Shown: positions 55,915 through 64,000 of the stretch, one piece after another
Position numbering within the stretch: the stretch's first letter is position 1
Layout of the letters: each line of letters opens with the position of its first letter
Origin: a virus
UHGV virus genome: UHGV-0210098
Reading direction: 5' to 3' (one strand)
DNA length: 64,000 nt
Made by a program: the position numbers and the translations under genes
Notes under the pieces: model-generated
Told to the model about the DNA's origin: nothing
The model's database searches: none
The model's input: the letters and a program-made list of their open reading frames with translations, nothing else

Positions 55915-56805
55915 TTATCTCCGGCTTTCGCCACCGAGAGGAATTACATTATAGGTTTTGAAGCGGTCAATCAGTCGCCCGAAGCCGTCCGCATATTTCT
56001 TTTTGAGTTGCTCAATGGAAAGGTTTGTCGTTACGTGTGCCTTGAGGTGATACTGCGACCAAATTTCATTACGCGCATGGAGAAATTCATCGGTCAGCAC
56101 CTTTGTATCCATGCCGTAAAAGGTGGTTGTCTGTACTCCGATGTCGTTGAGGCAGATATTGACCGGCTTACACTGAAAACCTTTGTTCTCCTCCTCGTTG
56201 AATGTGTATCGGTCGAGGTTGTTGTGCAACGTGTAGTAGTTTATCATCTGCGTAACCGATAGGTTATAGAAGAAGTTAGGGTTGCCTGTGTAGTGCAGGT
56301 ATTCCGAGAAAATCTCCATCAATAGCGTTTTGCCGGTGCCGACATTGCCATGCAACATGATATGCTTGTGCAGCTTGTAACCACGCTCGGGAAATACTTT
56401 CTCAGCGAGCGGACAATCGTTGAAGTAATACAGGAGGAAGCGCAGCACATCACGGTTATTGTCGTCAATGACAAACTTACGATGCTGATACGCGAGTACC
56501 TTGTTGGCTATCGTGACGAGCAACCTTGCGTGTGCTTGGTACACCTCCGGGATTTCAAGGAGCTGCCGTTTCTGTTCTGCCTTTCGCACATCATTGAGTA
56601 CGCGAGCCATGACGGTCTCAACAGACGAGACACCCATATTGACAAGGGCAGCGCGTTTCCGTTCCTCCTCGGTCTTAGGTTCTGCGGCCATACGCTTTTC
56701 ATGTTCCTGTTGTGCAATCTTCAAGGCTTCTCTGTCGGCACGTTCTTTGCGTGCGGCCTCATCACGAGCCACCCAATCCTGCATTATATCTCCAAACTTT
56801 TCCAT
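55915..56805 (-). CDS. DnaC/IstB-like AAA+ ATPase (replicative helicase loader-like).
   Basis: Walker A HGNVGTGKTLLME. Positioned in the replication module next to the replisome-organizer gene. Confidence 0.6.
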   Translation of the reverse strand: MEKFGDIMQDWVARDEAARKERADREALKIAQQEHEKRMAAEPKTEEERKRAALVNMGVSSVETVMARVLNDVRKAEQKRQLLEIPEVYQAHARLLVTIANKVLAYQHRKFVIDDNNRDVLRFLLYYFNDCPLAEKVFPERGYKLHKHIMLHGNVGTGKTLLMEIFSEYLHYTGNPNFFYNLSVTQMINYYTLHNNLDRYTFNEEENKGFQCKPVNICLNDIGVQTTTFYGMDTKVLTDEFLHARNEIWSQYHLKAHVTTNLSIEQLKKKYADGFGRLIDRFKTYNVIPLGGESRR

Positions 56806-56807
56806 AA

Positions 56808-57629
56808 TCAGATGTCTTGTCCACCAAAGCCACCACCAAAGGAGTAATCTGTGGGTGCGGCCTCCGCCTGTTTGTTATTATTCTGTGCCTCTGTCTTATC
56901 GCGGCTCTTAATCCTCATTGAAGATATGAGGTGACGCGACCAATCGCTATAATCACGATGTGCTGTATCTGATAACTCCCATTCGGCCACAACTGCATCG
57001 GCCAACGTGCGCAAGCGGTCTATATCACCGGGGCCAAATCCGAAGTTCTTGCATAACAGTTGCAGGTTTGCACTGTGATTGTTGGCGAAGAACTCTTTTA
57101 GCCATTCTGCATTGCTGTCAGATGTTTGTTGCACGGCAGGTGCTTTAGGTTCGGGCGGAGGTGCCACCGGCGGTTTGGGAGTTGTCTGTTTCTCTGCCTT
57201 TGCAGGTTTAGCAGCCGCTTTGCTTGCAGCCTTTTGGCGAGGCTCATCCGCTAACAAGGAATACTTGTCAATCCGGCTCATGCGCTTGTTGAGGCGTTGA
57301 ATGTTGCAATAGCGAACCTGAATACCTTTTGATGTCAAGACTTTCTCTGTTTCATACAGATTTTTGTCAAACACCCCCAACGCCAGGCAGGTGTTAATAA
57401 CTTCCGATACATACGCCTCATCAAAGCCCGATATTTCCGAACCAATGAAAGGCAACTCATCATCCCACTGCATGAAGTACCCATTTTTGTAGATAAGACA
57501 GAGCAGGAGAGCATATACCGTAACAGCTTTGCCACCTTGACGCTTGATTAGTTTGCGTATCTTGATGTCCTGGAAGAAGTCTATATCAAAGGGGAAGTAT
57601 TCAAGCCCCGATTTTGCTATTCGTGCCAT
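56808..57629 (-). CDS. Phage replisome organizer or replication initiator (Lin1244-type N-terminal domain).
   Basis: The N-terminus GLEYFPFDIDFFQDIKIRKL...GGKAVTVYALLLCLIYKNGY fits the replisome-organizer N-terminal domain pattern. A basic Ala/Lys/Pro-rich linker follows. Confidence 0.55.
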   Translation of the reverse strand: MARIAKSGLEYFPFDIDFFQDIKIRKLIKRQGGKAVTVYALLLCLIYKNGYFMQWDDELPFIGSEISGFDEAYVSEVINTCLALGVFDKNLYETEKVLTSKGIQVRYCNIQRLNKRMSRIDKYSLLADEPRQKAASKAAAKPAKAEKQTTPKPPVAPPPEPKAPAVQQTSDSNAEWLKEFFANNHSANLQLLCKNFGFGPGDIDRLRTLADAVVAEWELSDTAHRDYSDWSRHLISSMRIKSRDKTEAQNNNKQAEAAPTDYSFGGGFGGQDI

Positions 57630-57640
57630 AGCCGTACTGA

Positions 57641-58009
57641 TTAAATTTCTACGATTGATATTCCATGAACATGGAGCATCAACTTTCGTTTGATTACATA
57701 TTCTTTTGTGCGGACTCCCTTTGTGTCCTCGACCACCGTAACGCCACCACGGTCATAGACGAAGTCGGCGTAGTAGGAACACTCCCTTTCCAAAAGGTTT
57801 CCATTGGTGTCGCGTTGCGCAGGGATAAGCACATACTTAACTTGCTCGCGGAGATTAGAGATAAGGCCGGCGCGTTGCATCATCTTCAGTTCGTTGGCAC
57901 GGCGGTGTTCTTTTCGGGAGTCGTAGCCGCCGGACTTCTTGGCACCGTACTTGCTGTGCTTGGTGGACGGTGGTGCAACACGCATAGCCTTAAATTCGTC
58001 AATCGTCAT
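57641..58009 (-). CDS. DUF1064-like protein (PD-(D/E)xK-fold phage protein).
   Basis: SKYGAKK...YDSRKE.RRANEL......G.I..L..Q......ERE..YYADFVY matches the DUF1064 pattern. ATG at 58009; the track start at 58033 is TTG. Confidence 0.5.
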   Translation of the reverse strand: MTIDEFKAMRVAPPSTKHSKYGAKKSGGYDSRKEHRRANELKMMQRAGLISNLREQVKYVLIPAQRDTNGNLLERECSYYADFVYDRGGVTVVEDTKGVRTKEYVIKRKLMLHVHGISIVEI

Positions 58010-58721
58010 CGCTCTTTGGTTGAGATTTATCAACGAGAACAGTTTCCGGGACTATCTCAGTGCCGTCCGGCCCCATGACTTTGGCAGATACTTTCATGCC
58101 ATCGGGGACGGTGTTACGGAAATTCTTTGCTGCACGTTGCAGTTTCTTGTCAGAAGTAACAGCATCCAATATGGCTTTTGTCGTTCTCTTGGAATTAACA
58201 GACTTAACTCCTACGGACTTGGTGCCGTCAGCGGAATAGACATACACGTCCATGATGCGTGTTTCATCGAGTGTCGCAATCTCATAATCGGCCATTGTTC
58301 CTTTCATGTGAGAAACCAAAGTGTCGTGTGCTGCTTTGACAGAACCGGCATTGATGATATAATGAACAGCCTGTTTCTTCTCCTTTCCTGTCTTTTCATC
58401 TACCAATATGAGATTGATTTTAGCCTTGAACCATTTGTCTGCCACCTCGGACGCACGAGAGTTGGCGCGCGTGAGTTTCTGAACATTTGCGTCCGTTTCA
58501 GAATTAAGATTGTACTCGTCAAATACAATTTCAGAGTAATTTGTGCGCTTGATAGTAACGACATCAAACTCGCCGGAGATAAACGGTGTTACCTCACTGA
58601 TTATTCTCGCCTCTGCCTCTGTGAATGTCAAAGCGTCCACCAAGTAGAGTTCCGTTACTTTCTTTACCATGCCGTTCTCCATCATCTTGTCGAACCGCAC
58701 ACCACATTCATAGAGCATCAT
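57999..58721 (-). CDS. Hypothetical protein (240 aa).
   Basis: ATG-initiated with no motif recognised. Confidence 0.4.
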   Translation of the reverse strand: MMLYECGVRFDKMMENGMVKKVTELYLVDALTFTEAEARIISEVTPFISGEFDVVTIKRTNYSEIVFDEYNLNSETDANVQKLTRANSRASEVADKWFKAKINLILVDEKTGKEKKQAVHYIINAGSVKAAHDTLVSHMKGTMADYEIATLDETRIMDVYVYSADGTKSVGVKSVNSKRTTKAILDAVTSDKKLQRAAKNFRNTVPDGMKVSAKVMGPDGTEIVPETVLVDKSQPKSDDD

Positions 58722-58995
58722 TGTTCAAATGTTTTTTAAGTTGGCTACTGATTTTGAATTTCACTGTACGCTGTGCCGGCACCACCACGGTAGTACCCGC
58801 GTTGATGTTACGCGCCTTGCGCTCCTTTGTGGTCTTGACTTCGAGAGAGCCAAAGCCACGGAGGTACACGTTCTCGCCACGAGCGAAAGCGTCTGTAAGA
58901 ATGTCGGTCACACCGTCAACGACATGGAGAGCCGTAGACTTAGGCAGGTCGGCGATACGTTTGCAGAGTTCTGCTGCGATGTCATTTCTTGTCAT
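58708..58995 (-). CDS. HU/IHF-family histone-like DNA-binding protein.
   Basis: VYLRGFGSLEVKTTKERKARNINAGTTVVVPAQRTVKFKIS matches the HU beta-arm signature (GFG.F......R.GRNP.TG....I.A..V.FK.). Confidence 0.8.
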   Translation of the reverse strand: MTRNDIAAELCKRIADLPKSTALHVVDGVTDILTDAFARGENVYLRGFGSLEVKTTKERKARNINAGTTVVVPAQRTVKFKISSQLKKHLNNDAL

Positions 58996-59230
58996 GATTA
59001 GATGAATTTGAAAGTTGTTTTTTGATTTTACGATTTATCTTATCTCTTAATTGGGCTATTGCCCAGGCATGAGTGCTATTCCGTAGTCCTTTCAACGACT
59101 TGTAGTGTTGTTCTGCAATATCAAGGCAGGAGAGAATGCGATCCATATCGGAGTTACTGACTTCAACCATAGTCGAGGAAAGAATTAACAAGTTCGTCAA
59201 AGTACATTTCATCGGTCGGTATATCATCAT
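58982..59230 (-). CDS. Hypothetical small protein (82 aa).
   Basis: ATG-initiated. Confidence 0.3.
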   Translation of the reverse strand: MMIYRPMKCTLTNLLILSSTMVEVSNSDMDRILSCLDIAEQHYKSLKGLRNSTHAWAIAQLRDKINRKIKKQLSNSSNHDKK

Positions 59231-60569
59231 CGGAGGCCATTATCTGATTGGCTATGCTCCGTTTCTTATGGATGATGTTATAGAGAACCGGGTCAATGGT
59301 ATTGCGTCCGATAAGGTAGTAGCAGTTCACGTTGTTCTTTTGGCCTATGCGGTGCGCTCTGTCCTCACATTGGCAGCAGTCGGCATAAGTCCAAGGAAAT
59401 TCAACGAAAGCCACGTTTGATGAGGCTGTGAGCGTAAGACCCACACCTGCGGCCTTGATGGAGCAGATTATCAGTTGTGCCTTGCCGGACTGAAAGGCAT
59501 CGACAGCGGCCTGTTTCTCTGCAAGGCTATCATCGCCGGTTACACGGACGGCATCCGGGAACTGTTTTTGCAGAGCCTTTACAATCTCTTTGAGCGAGCA
59601 GAACACGATGAGAGGTTTTCCGTTGGCAAGGAAGTTGCGAATGAAGTCCGTTGCCTGTTTCACTTTGCCCTTTGAAGCGAGCGAGCGCAGTGTCATGAAC
59701 TTGACAAGAGCCTCCATGCGCATCTTGCGGCGTATCTCTCGGTCTGAGCACTGGGTGTATTCACGGAGATAGGCGGCGAGGTCGGCGGCTGCAAGGTCGT
59801 ATTCCTCACGGTTGGAAATCTCGACATGGAGGTCGGTGCGCTGCTTGTCGGGCAACTGCGTGAGGACTTTTGCTTTCTCGCGGCGTATCATACAGGTGTC
59901 GTAGAGTTTTGCCGACAACTCCGAAAGGTTCTCATTCTCGCCGTAGTCGGCAAGAAACTTGCCCCGGCCACCGAAATCAGAGAGCAACCGCCCCATGATG
60001 GCGAGCTGCGCCACGAGGTCTTGTGCATGATTGACAACCGGGGTGCCGGAGAGCAGTATGCGCCACTCCTTACCCTCTACAATTCCTCGTGTGAACATAG
60101 TCTGTTGTGCGGAGGGGTCTTTGAGGCGGTGGGACTCGTCCATGATTACAGACTTGAAAATGTTGATGTCGCGATTGAACACAACATCTTTGAGGGAGAA
60201 TGTCTTGCCGCCCTTGATGTCCCACACAAAGAACTTCTTCAGACTTTCATAATTGACGATGGCCACACTAAACATACCCATACCGAGAAGATACGGCCAC
60301 GATGTGCGAGTAGCATTGTCAAGCACAAGAGCCTTTTTGTTTGTGAACTTCTCAAACTCGCGCTGCCAATTGATTTTCAGAGAGGACGGACAGATTACCA
60401 AGCAAGGGTAAGCGGAGGCAGTATCGACAATGCCAATGCTCTGCAAGGTCTTTCCAAGTCCCGGCTCGTCACCAATCAACAGACGGCGGCGGTCGAGGCC
60501 GAAGCGAATACCGTCTTTCTGATATTCGTAAGGCTCTACACGGAGGTTATGTTTTAAGGCTGTTGTCAT
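59163..60569 (-). CDS. SNF2-family DEAD/DEAH-box helicase (stand-alone).
   Basis: IGDEPGLGKTLQ (motif I), IMDESHRLK (motif II), LLSGTPVVN (motif III) and CEDRAHRIGQ (motif VI). ATG at 60569; the track start at 60584 is TTG. Confidence 0.85.
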   Translation of the reverse strand: MTTALKHNLRVEPYEYQKDGIRFGLDRRRLLIGDEPGLGKTLQSIGIVDTASAYPCLVICPSSLKINWQREFEKFTNKKALVLDNATRTSWPYLLGMGMFSVAIVNYESLKKFFVWDIKGGKTFSLKDVVFNRDINIFKSVIMDESHRLKDPSAQQTMFTRGIVEGKEWRILLSGTPVVNHAQDLVAQLAIMGRLLSDFGGRGKFLADYGENENLSELSAKLYDTCMIRREKAKVLTQLPDKQRTDLHVEISNREEYDLAAADLAAYLREYTQCSDREIRRKMRMEALVKFMTLRSLASKGKVKQATDFIRNFLANGKPLIVFCSLKEIVKALQKQFPDAVRVTGDDSLAEKQAAVDAFQSGKAQLIICSIKAAGVGLTLTASSNVAFVEFPWTYADCCQCEDRAHRIGQKNNVNCYYLIGRNTIDPVLYNIIHKKRSIANQIMASDDDIPTDEMYFDELVNSFLDYG

Positions 60570-61228
60570 AGGGCTAAACACCAATACTGAAATGCCAATT
60601 CAAGATACTTATCACGTCCACGCTGATATACAGGGTCGTCGCGGCGTATGCGAGTGGTGAACACGTTGCAGTTGCGCTTGCTGATTGCATAGATGAAATC
60701 GCAGTCGGAGTGTGCGATGTCCATGTACCAAGCGCGGCTCCTGTCCCAATCGAAAAAGTCTATTGCGTCCTCAAATTCCTTTTGAGTTGAGGCTGCACAG
60801 GTCTTTAGGTCGCCGCCGAAGTGGTAGAGAGGTAGCCACCAATCCCATTTGCAGCGCGTATCGAGGGAGAAAGGAAAACCGCCATACTCAAACGCCTGGG
60901 CTTGATTAACCATGAACCGCTGAGTTTCGGCCTCCTCCAACACTTTTGCGAGAAAAGGGTCATGCCGGGCTGTCATTCGCAGGGAACGGTACATTTCCTT
61001 TGCATGGCGGAACTCCTCATCGGTGTATTGCTCATTATCTACCGTCAGTTGGTAGTAGTTCACTCTGTCCGGCTCAGTGATGATGGCATCAACGAGAGAA
61101 CCGAAGCGGAAAGCGGCCTCCTTTACACCCGGCGGCATGGGCACCGGGTGTAACATATTCTTTAGTTCCGTTAGGTCTGAGTTGCTGACCTCGGTACGGT
61201 TGTAGTATTCATCGGGATTGTGGCTCAT
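60566..61228 (-). CDS. PD-(D/E)xK-family nuclease-like protein (Cas4/RecB-type fold).
   Basis: ...FGSLVDAIITEP... and ...GGDLKTCAAS... supply the D...D-x-K arrangement. Confidence 0.45.
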   Translation of the reverse strand: MSHNPDEYYNRTEVSNSDLTELKNMLHPVPMPPGVKEAAFRFGSLVDAIITEPDRVNYYQLTVDNEQYTDEEFRHAKEMYRSLRMTARHDPFLAKVLEEAETQRFMVNQAQAFEYGGFPFSLDTRCKWDWWLPLYHFGGDLKTCAASTQKEFEDAIDFFDWDRSRAWYMDIAHSDCDFIYAISKRNCNVFTTRIRRDDPVYQRGRDKYLELAFQYWCLAL

Positions 61229-61494
61229 AACATGATATTGTGTGGAATTTGCAGATTACCTTTATATCCTAAAGCCGAAAGATGTTCCATGAGCATACGA
61301 GGTGGGAACTTACTCAACTCCTCATGATATATCGGCTCAATTCTGCTTTTAGAGCCAGTTTCAGATATACGTTTAGCTCTGCAAGCCTTACACTCGTTAG
61401 TGTACCCATCCTTGGATTTACCATGACGAAGAAACTCCGTTACAGGCTTCTCAACGCCGCAGCATGAGCACCTCTTTGTCTTTATATCTTCCAT
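61225..61494 (-). CDS. Zinc-ribbon protein (CSCCG...CKAC).
   Basis: ATG-initiated 89-aa ORF with two Cys pairs. Confidence 0.4.
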   Translation of the reverse strand: MEDIKTKRCSCCGVEKPVTEFLRHGKSKDGYTNECKACRAKRISETGSKSRIEPIYHEELSKFPPRMLMEHLSALGYKGNLQIPHNIML

Positions 61495-61496
61495 AA

Positions 61497-62702
61497 TTAC
61501 TTGGCTTTAACTTCGTCCCTGTATTCTACACCACCAATTAACACGGGATCGTCTTTTGAATTGGCTGCTTTGTTGGCAAAGGTGATTTGCTTCTTAAACT
61601 CCTTAGCAAGTTCTTCAACGGTCTTTTTGCAGCCCTCCTGTGAGAACCAAAAGGCTACGACTTTCATGATGTCCTCGGCTGATGAAATGACGACCTCCTT
61701 TTTAACCTGCGTTTTAGGTTGGTAGGTTGCTGGAGTGGCAATCGGCATACCGAAAAGGCCGTCCATCTGCTGCTTCTCCGCAGCGAGTTTGGCTGCTGCT
61801 GCTTCCTGCTTTTCGCGTTCAAGTCGTTCAGCCTCTTTGCGAGCAGCCTCCTCGCGTTCCTTTGCTTCCATATCCGCCTTAATCCTTGCGGCTTCCTCGG
61901 CTGAGGCTTTGGCAATGCGCTCAAGTTCCTTCTTCTTTGATGGCATACGGTCGAAAATATCATCACGAGTGCTTTGTACCTCAAAGGGGAACTGCTCCTT
62001 GAAACGGTTGGTAAGGCCGGCCATTACGTTGGCTTGGATAGCGCGACACTCGTCCGGGGTGAGTTCCGCAGGACGGTAGGCATTACTTACAACAGTCTGA
62101 CACCATGTTTCGGGCAGTTCGCAGTTGTACTCCTTGATGCCATCAAAGATGATTTCGTAGTTGTCGAGGGTGAGCTGCTTATCCATGTCGGTAAGTTCAT
62201 TGATGCTCTTATTGACAAGCGCATTGAACTGTTTGAGGTAATCTTCCTCAACATCGGAACGGTAACGCGCCTTTGCGTTCTCCTTTGCCTGTCGTGCAGC
62301 TTCAGCACGGCGGCGGCGTTCCTCCTCCTCATGTTTCTTCTTGGCGAAAGCGTTGCGGTATGCCTGTAACTGATTGGGGATAGAGTCGGCCTTTGTTGGG
62401 TCTACATCATTCTCCATTGAGGTGTAGACCTTGCGTATTTGGTCGAACAGTTGTGTTACGGGAGTTCGCTTACCGTTCATCTTCTTTACGGTAACCTTTG
62501 CCTTTTCGATGAACTTTGCTATCTCCATGTCGAGGGCATCTGACATACCCTCTGTCTTTGCTCTTTCAAGCAGTTGTCTACCGGCTTCCAAACAGCGGAA
62601 GTGGGAAAGTGAGTTGTCTTTGTAAGACTGCGGAGCGAGTTCTGCAATCTGTTGCACATTCTTCGGCTCGAAGATGGTTAGTGCCTGTGAGTTGTCTGCC
62701 AT
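61497..62702 (-). CDS. Hypothetical coiled-coil protein (401 aa) in the recombination/replication module.
   Basis: ATG-initiated with a long ER/AK-rich helical centre. No catalytic motif. Confidence 0.4.
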   Translation of the reverse strand: MADNSQALTIFEPKNVQQIAELAPQSYKDNSLSHFRCLEAGRQLLERAKTEGMSDALDMEIAKFIEKAKVTVKKMNGKRTPVTQLFDQIRKVYTSMENDVDPTKADSIPNQLQAYRNAFAKKKHEEEERRRRAEAARQAKENAKARYRSDVEEDYLKQFNALVNKSINELTDMDKQLTLDNYEIIFDGIKEYNCELPETWCQTVVSNAYRPAELTPDECRAIQANVMAGLTNRFKEQFPFEVQSTRDDIFDRMPSKKKELERIAKASAEEAARIKADMEAKEREEAARKEAERLEREKQEAAAAKLAAEKQQMDGLFGMPIATPATYQPKTQVKKEVVISSAEDIMKVVAFWFSQEGCKKTVEELAKEFKKQITFANKAANSKDDPVLIGGVEYRDEVKAK

Positions 62703-62830
62703 GATTGATAATGTTTTATGGATTACACGGTTTTGTTTTGCTGTATTCTGTCATGATGCGAAGCCGTGTGCAGTAGTGTCCGTTGAGAGTGTTACGCACA
62801 AGCGGACACCCACTGCACGGCCTATTGTCG

Positions 62831-63994
62831 TTAGAAGCCCTCCTCGTCATCTGTGTTTACGGTTACACCCTGCGGCGGCTCGTTGTCGCCGAAAGGCTGA
62901 GGTGCAGCGTCCTGGGGCTTGTCTATTACTTCGCCGGTTTCCGGGTCTACTCCGTAGATGTCCTCGTCAGAGAGTTGTGGCTGCTCGTCTACCTGCTGTG
63001 ATTGGAGTTCGGTGCCACGACCGATACGAACCTTGGGATAAGACTTGAAAGCGTGTTTGATGCACTTGGCCATCAAGAAACCGGGGTCAATGTGGACGAT
63101 GCCTTTCTCGTCCATTCCGTAGAGGTCGTTGGCCTTTCCGTTGGGATTAGCCTTGGAGCGGTTCTGTTTCATGGAATAACCGGCGAGGCGACACCAATCC
63201 TCGGGGAACATCACGGCATAGTCAATAGATCCATCAGCGCGAGTGATGCGCAGATAACAGGCCGTGATTGTGTGGCCGGTGTGCGGCAGGTTGCAGGTGT
63301 AGGACACTGATTTGCGACCGTCCACATCCTTGAAAGAAAACTCGTCATTGTCGTAGACAAGCACAGGGTTGTCAGCATGGCGTATCTGGCCGGCGCGTGT
63401 ACGCATTACCAATTCTCCATAGGCCGACACGGTGAGGACGCAACGACCCTCCCACTTGGCATTTTCTCTTGTTCCGATATTGACATTGCGACCCATGAGG
63501 TAAGCAAGGGCGCGTGTTCCGGGTTCAAGCGACAGGCCACAGACAGCAAGGTCGATAAACGCGGTGAAGATGCTGAACGGTGTGGCACGTTGCAGCTTTC
63601 CGTTGTCGTTATCTCGGAGAGCCTTGTTGAAGTGGATGCTTTCACGCTGATAGGCTGCTTCGCCATTGCCCCACAGGGTTTCGTAGATTTGCGTGAAGCG
63701 TTCACGCACCACATGATGCTCGACAATTTCGAGCGGCTTGAGTTGGTTGATTTCCTCAACCGTCATTTGTAGGTTGCCCATGATTGATGATGTTAAATTG
63801 TTAAACTTCTGCGGATTGCCATGATTGAAAATGGAGGCCACGCTTTGGTCGGCTGTTACCTCGCTGTCTGCGCAGCCTCCGTGGTTATCAATCATGTAGC
63901 AACTACCGCTACATTGTAGCCTCTGAGGGAGTCGAACCCTCTCTCCAAGAACCAAAATCTTGTGTGCGACCGTCACACCGAGAGGCTGAGCCAT
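62831..63994 (-). CDS. RecT-like single-strand annealing recombinase.
   Basis: ...AYLMGRNVNIGTRENAKWEGRCVLTVSAYGELVMRTRAGQIRHADNPVLVYDNDEF... is consistent with the RecT-family core. An alternative internal ATG lies near 63780 (MGNLQMTVEE...). The gene ends 6 nt from the window edge. Confidence 0.55.
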   Translation of the reverse strand: MAQPLGVTVAHKILVLGERVRLPQRLQCSGSCYMIDNHGGCADSEVTADQSVASIFNHGNPQKFNNLTSSIMGNLQMTVEEINQLKPLEIVEHHVVRERFTQIYETLWGNGEAAYQRESIHFNKALRDNDNGKLQRATPFSIFTAFIDLAVCGLSLEPGTRALAYLMGRNVNIGTRENAKWEGRCVLTVSAYGELVMRTRAGQIRHADNPVLVYDNDEFSFKDVDGRKSVSYTCNLPHTGHTITACYLRITRADGSIDYAVMFPEDWCRLAGYSMKQNRSKANPNGKANDLYGMDEKGIVHIDPGFLMAKCIKHAFKSYPKVRIGRGTELQSQQVDEQPQLSDEDIYGVDPETGEVIDKPQDAAPQPFGDNEPPQGVTVNTDDEEGF

Positions 63995-64000
63995 TACATT

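Noticed and set aside
55540-56262. A 240-aa plus-strand ORF antisense to the MazG-like and DnaC-like genes, and similar antisense ORFs at 57939-58739 and 59826-60557.
   Set aside because: The opposite-strand ORFs contain clear Walker A, HU and SNF2 motifs, so the plus-strand frames are spurious.

Overview
The window reads as a nearly complete temperate phage or prophage genome, probably from a Bacteroidales host. The host inference rests on the integrase N-terminus, TAnnTTTG-type -7 promoter boxes and the absence of Shine-Dalgarno sequences. Gene order, left to right:

- **Lysogeny region (1-4600):** an HTH regulator (1-387), small ORFs, a tyrosine integrase (1740-3227), and a ~940-bp non-coding region with an array of nine TTCGGAAG-centred repeats that includes a perfect 19-bp palindrome.
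- **Rightward virion and morphogenesis block (4658-50573):**
  - a single intact 20,355-nt ORF (6392-26746) encoding a 6784-aa multidomain polyvalent protein with ParB-like, inorganic-pyrophosphatase-like, N6-adenine-methyltransferase-like, SNF2/DEAH helicase, RadC-like JAB and HExxH zincin motifs;
  - putative portal, HAD-like hydrolase, terminase large subunit (minus strand), scaffold and major capsid candidates;
  - a 2778-aa tail-fibre-like protein whose last 120 nt form the variable repeat (VR) of a diversity-generating retroelement (DGR), with the template repeat (TR) at 44347-44466 and a DGR-type reverse transcriptase (44669-46108) directly downstream; 18 TR/VR mismatches all fall on TR adenines and no avd gene is present;
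  - a lysis cassette (two small membrane proteins plus an Amidase_3 endolysin) and three tandem paralogous small genes.
- **Leftward block (50694-63994):** an AT-rich, compositionally chimeric 945-aa ORF of unknown function, a remnant of a cytosine-5 methyltransferase, an intact beta-class DNA methyltransferase, a MazG-like protein, a DnaC-like ATPase, a replisome organizer, a DUF1064-like protein, an HU-like protein, a second SNF2 helicase, a PD-(D/E)xK nuclease and a RecT-like recombinase.

No rRNA, tRNA or CRISPR array was recognised. All functional calls come from motifs read directly in the translations; no database searches were run. ORF-track starts at 4584, 44618, 46738, 47447, 53908, 58033 and 60584 are TTG or GTG codons; the in-frame ATG was read from the sequence and used instead.
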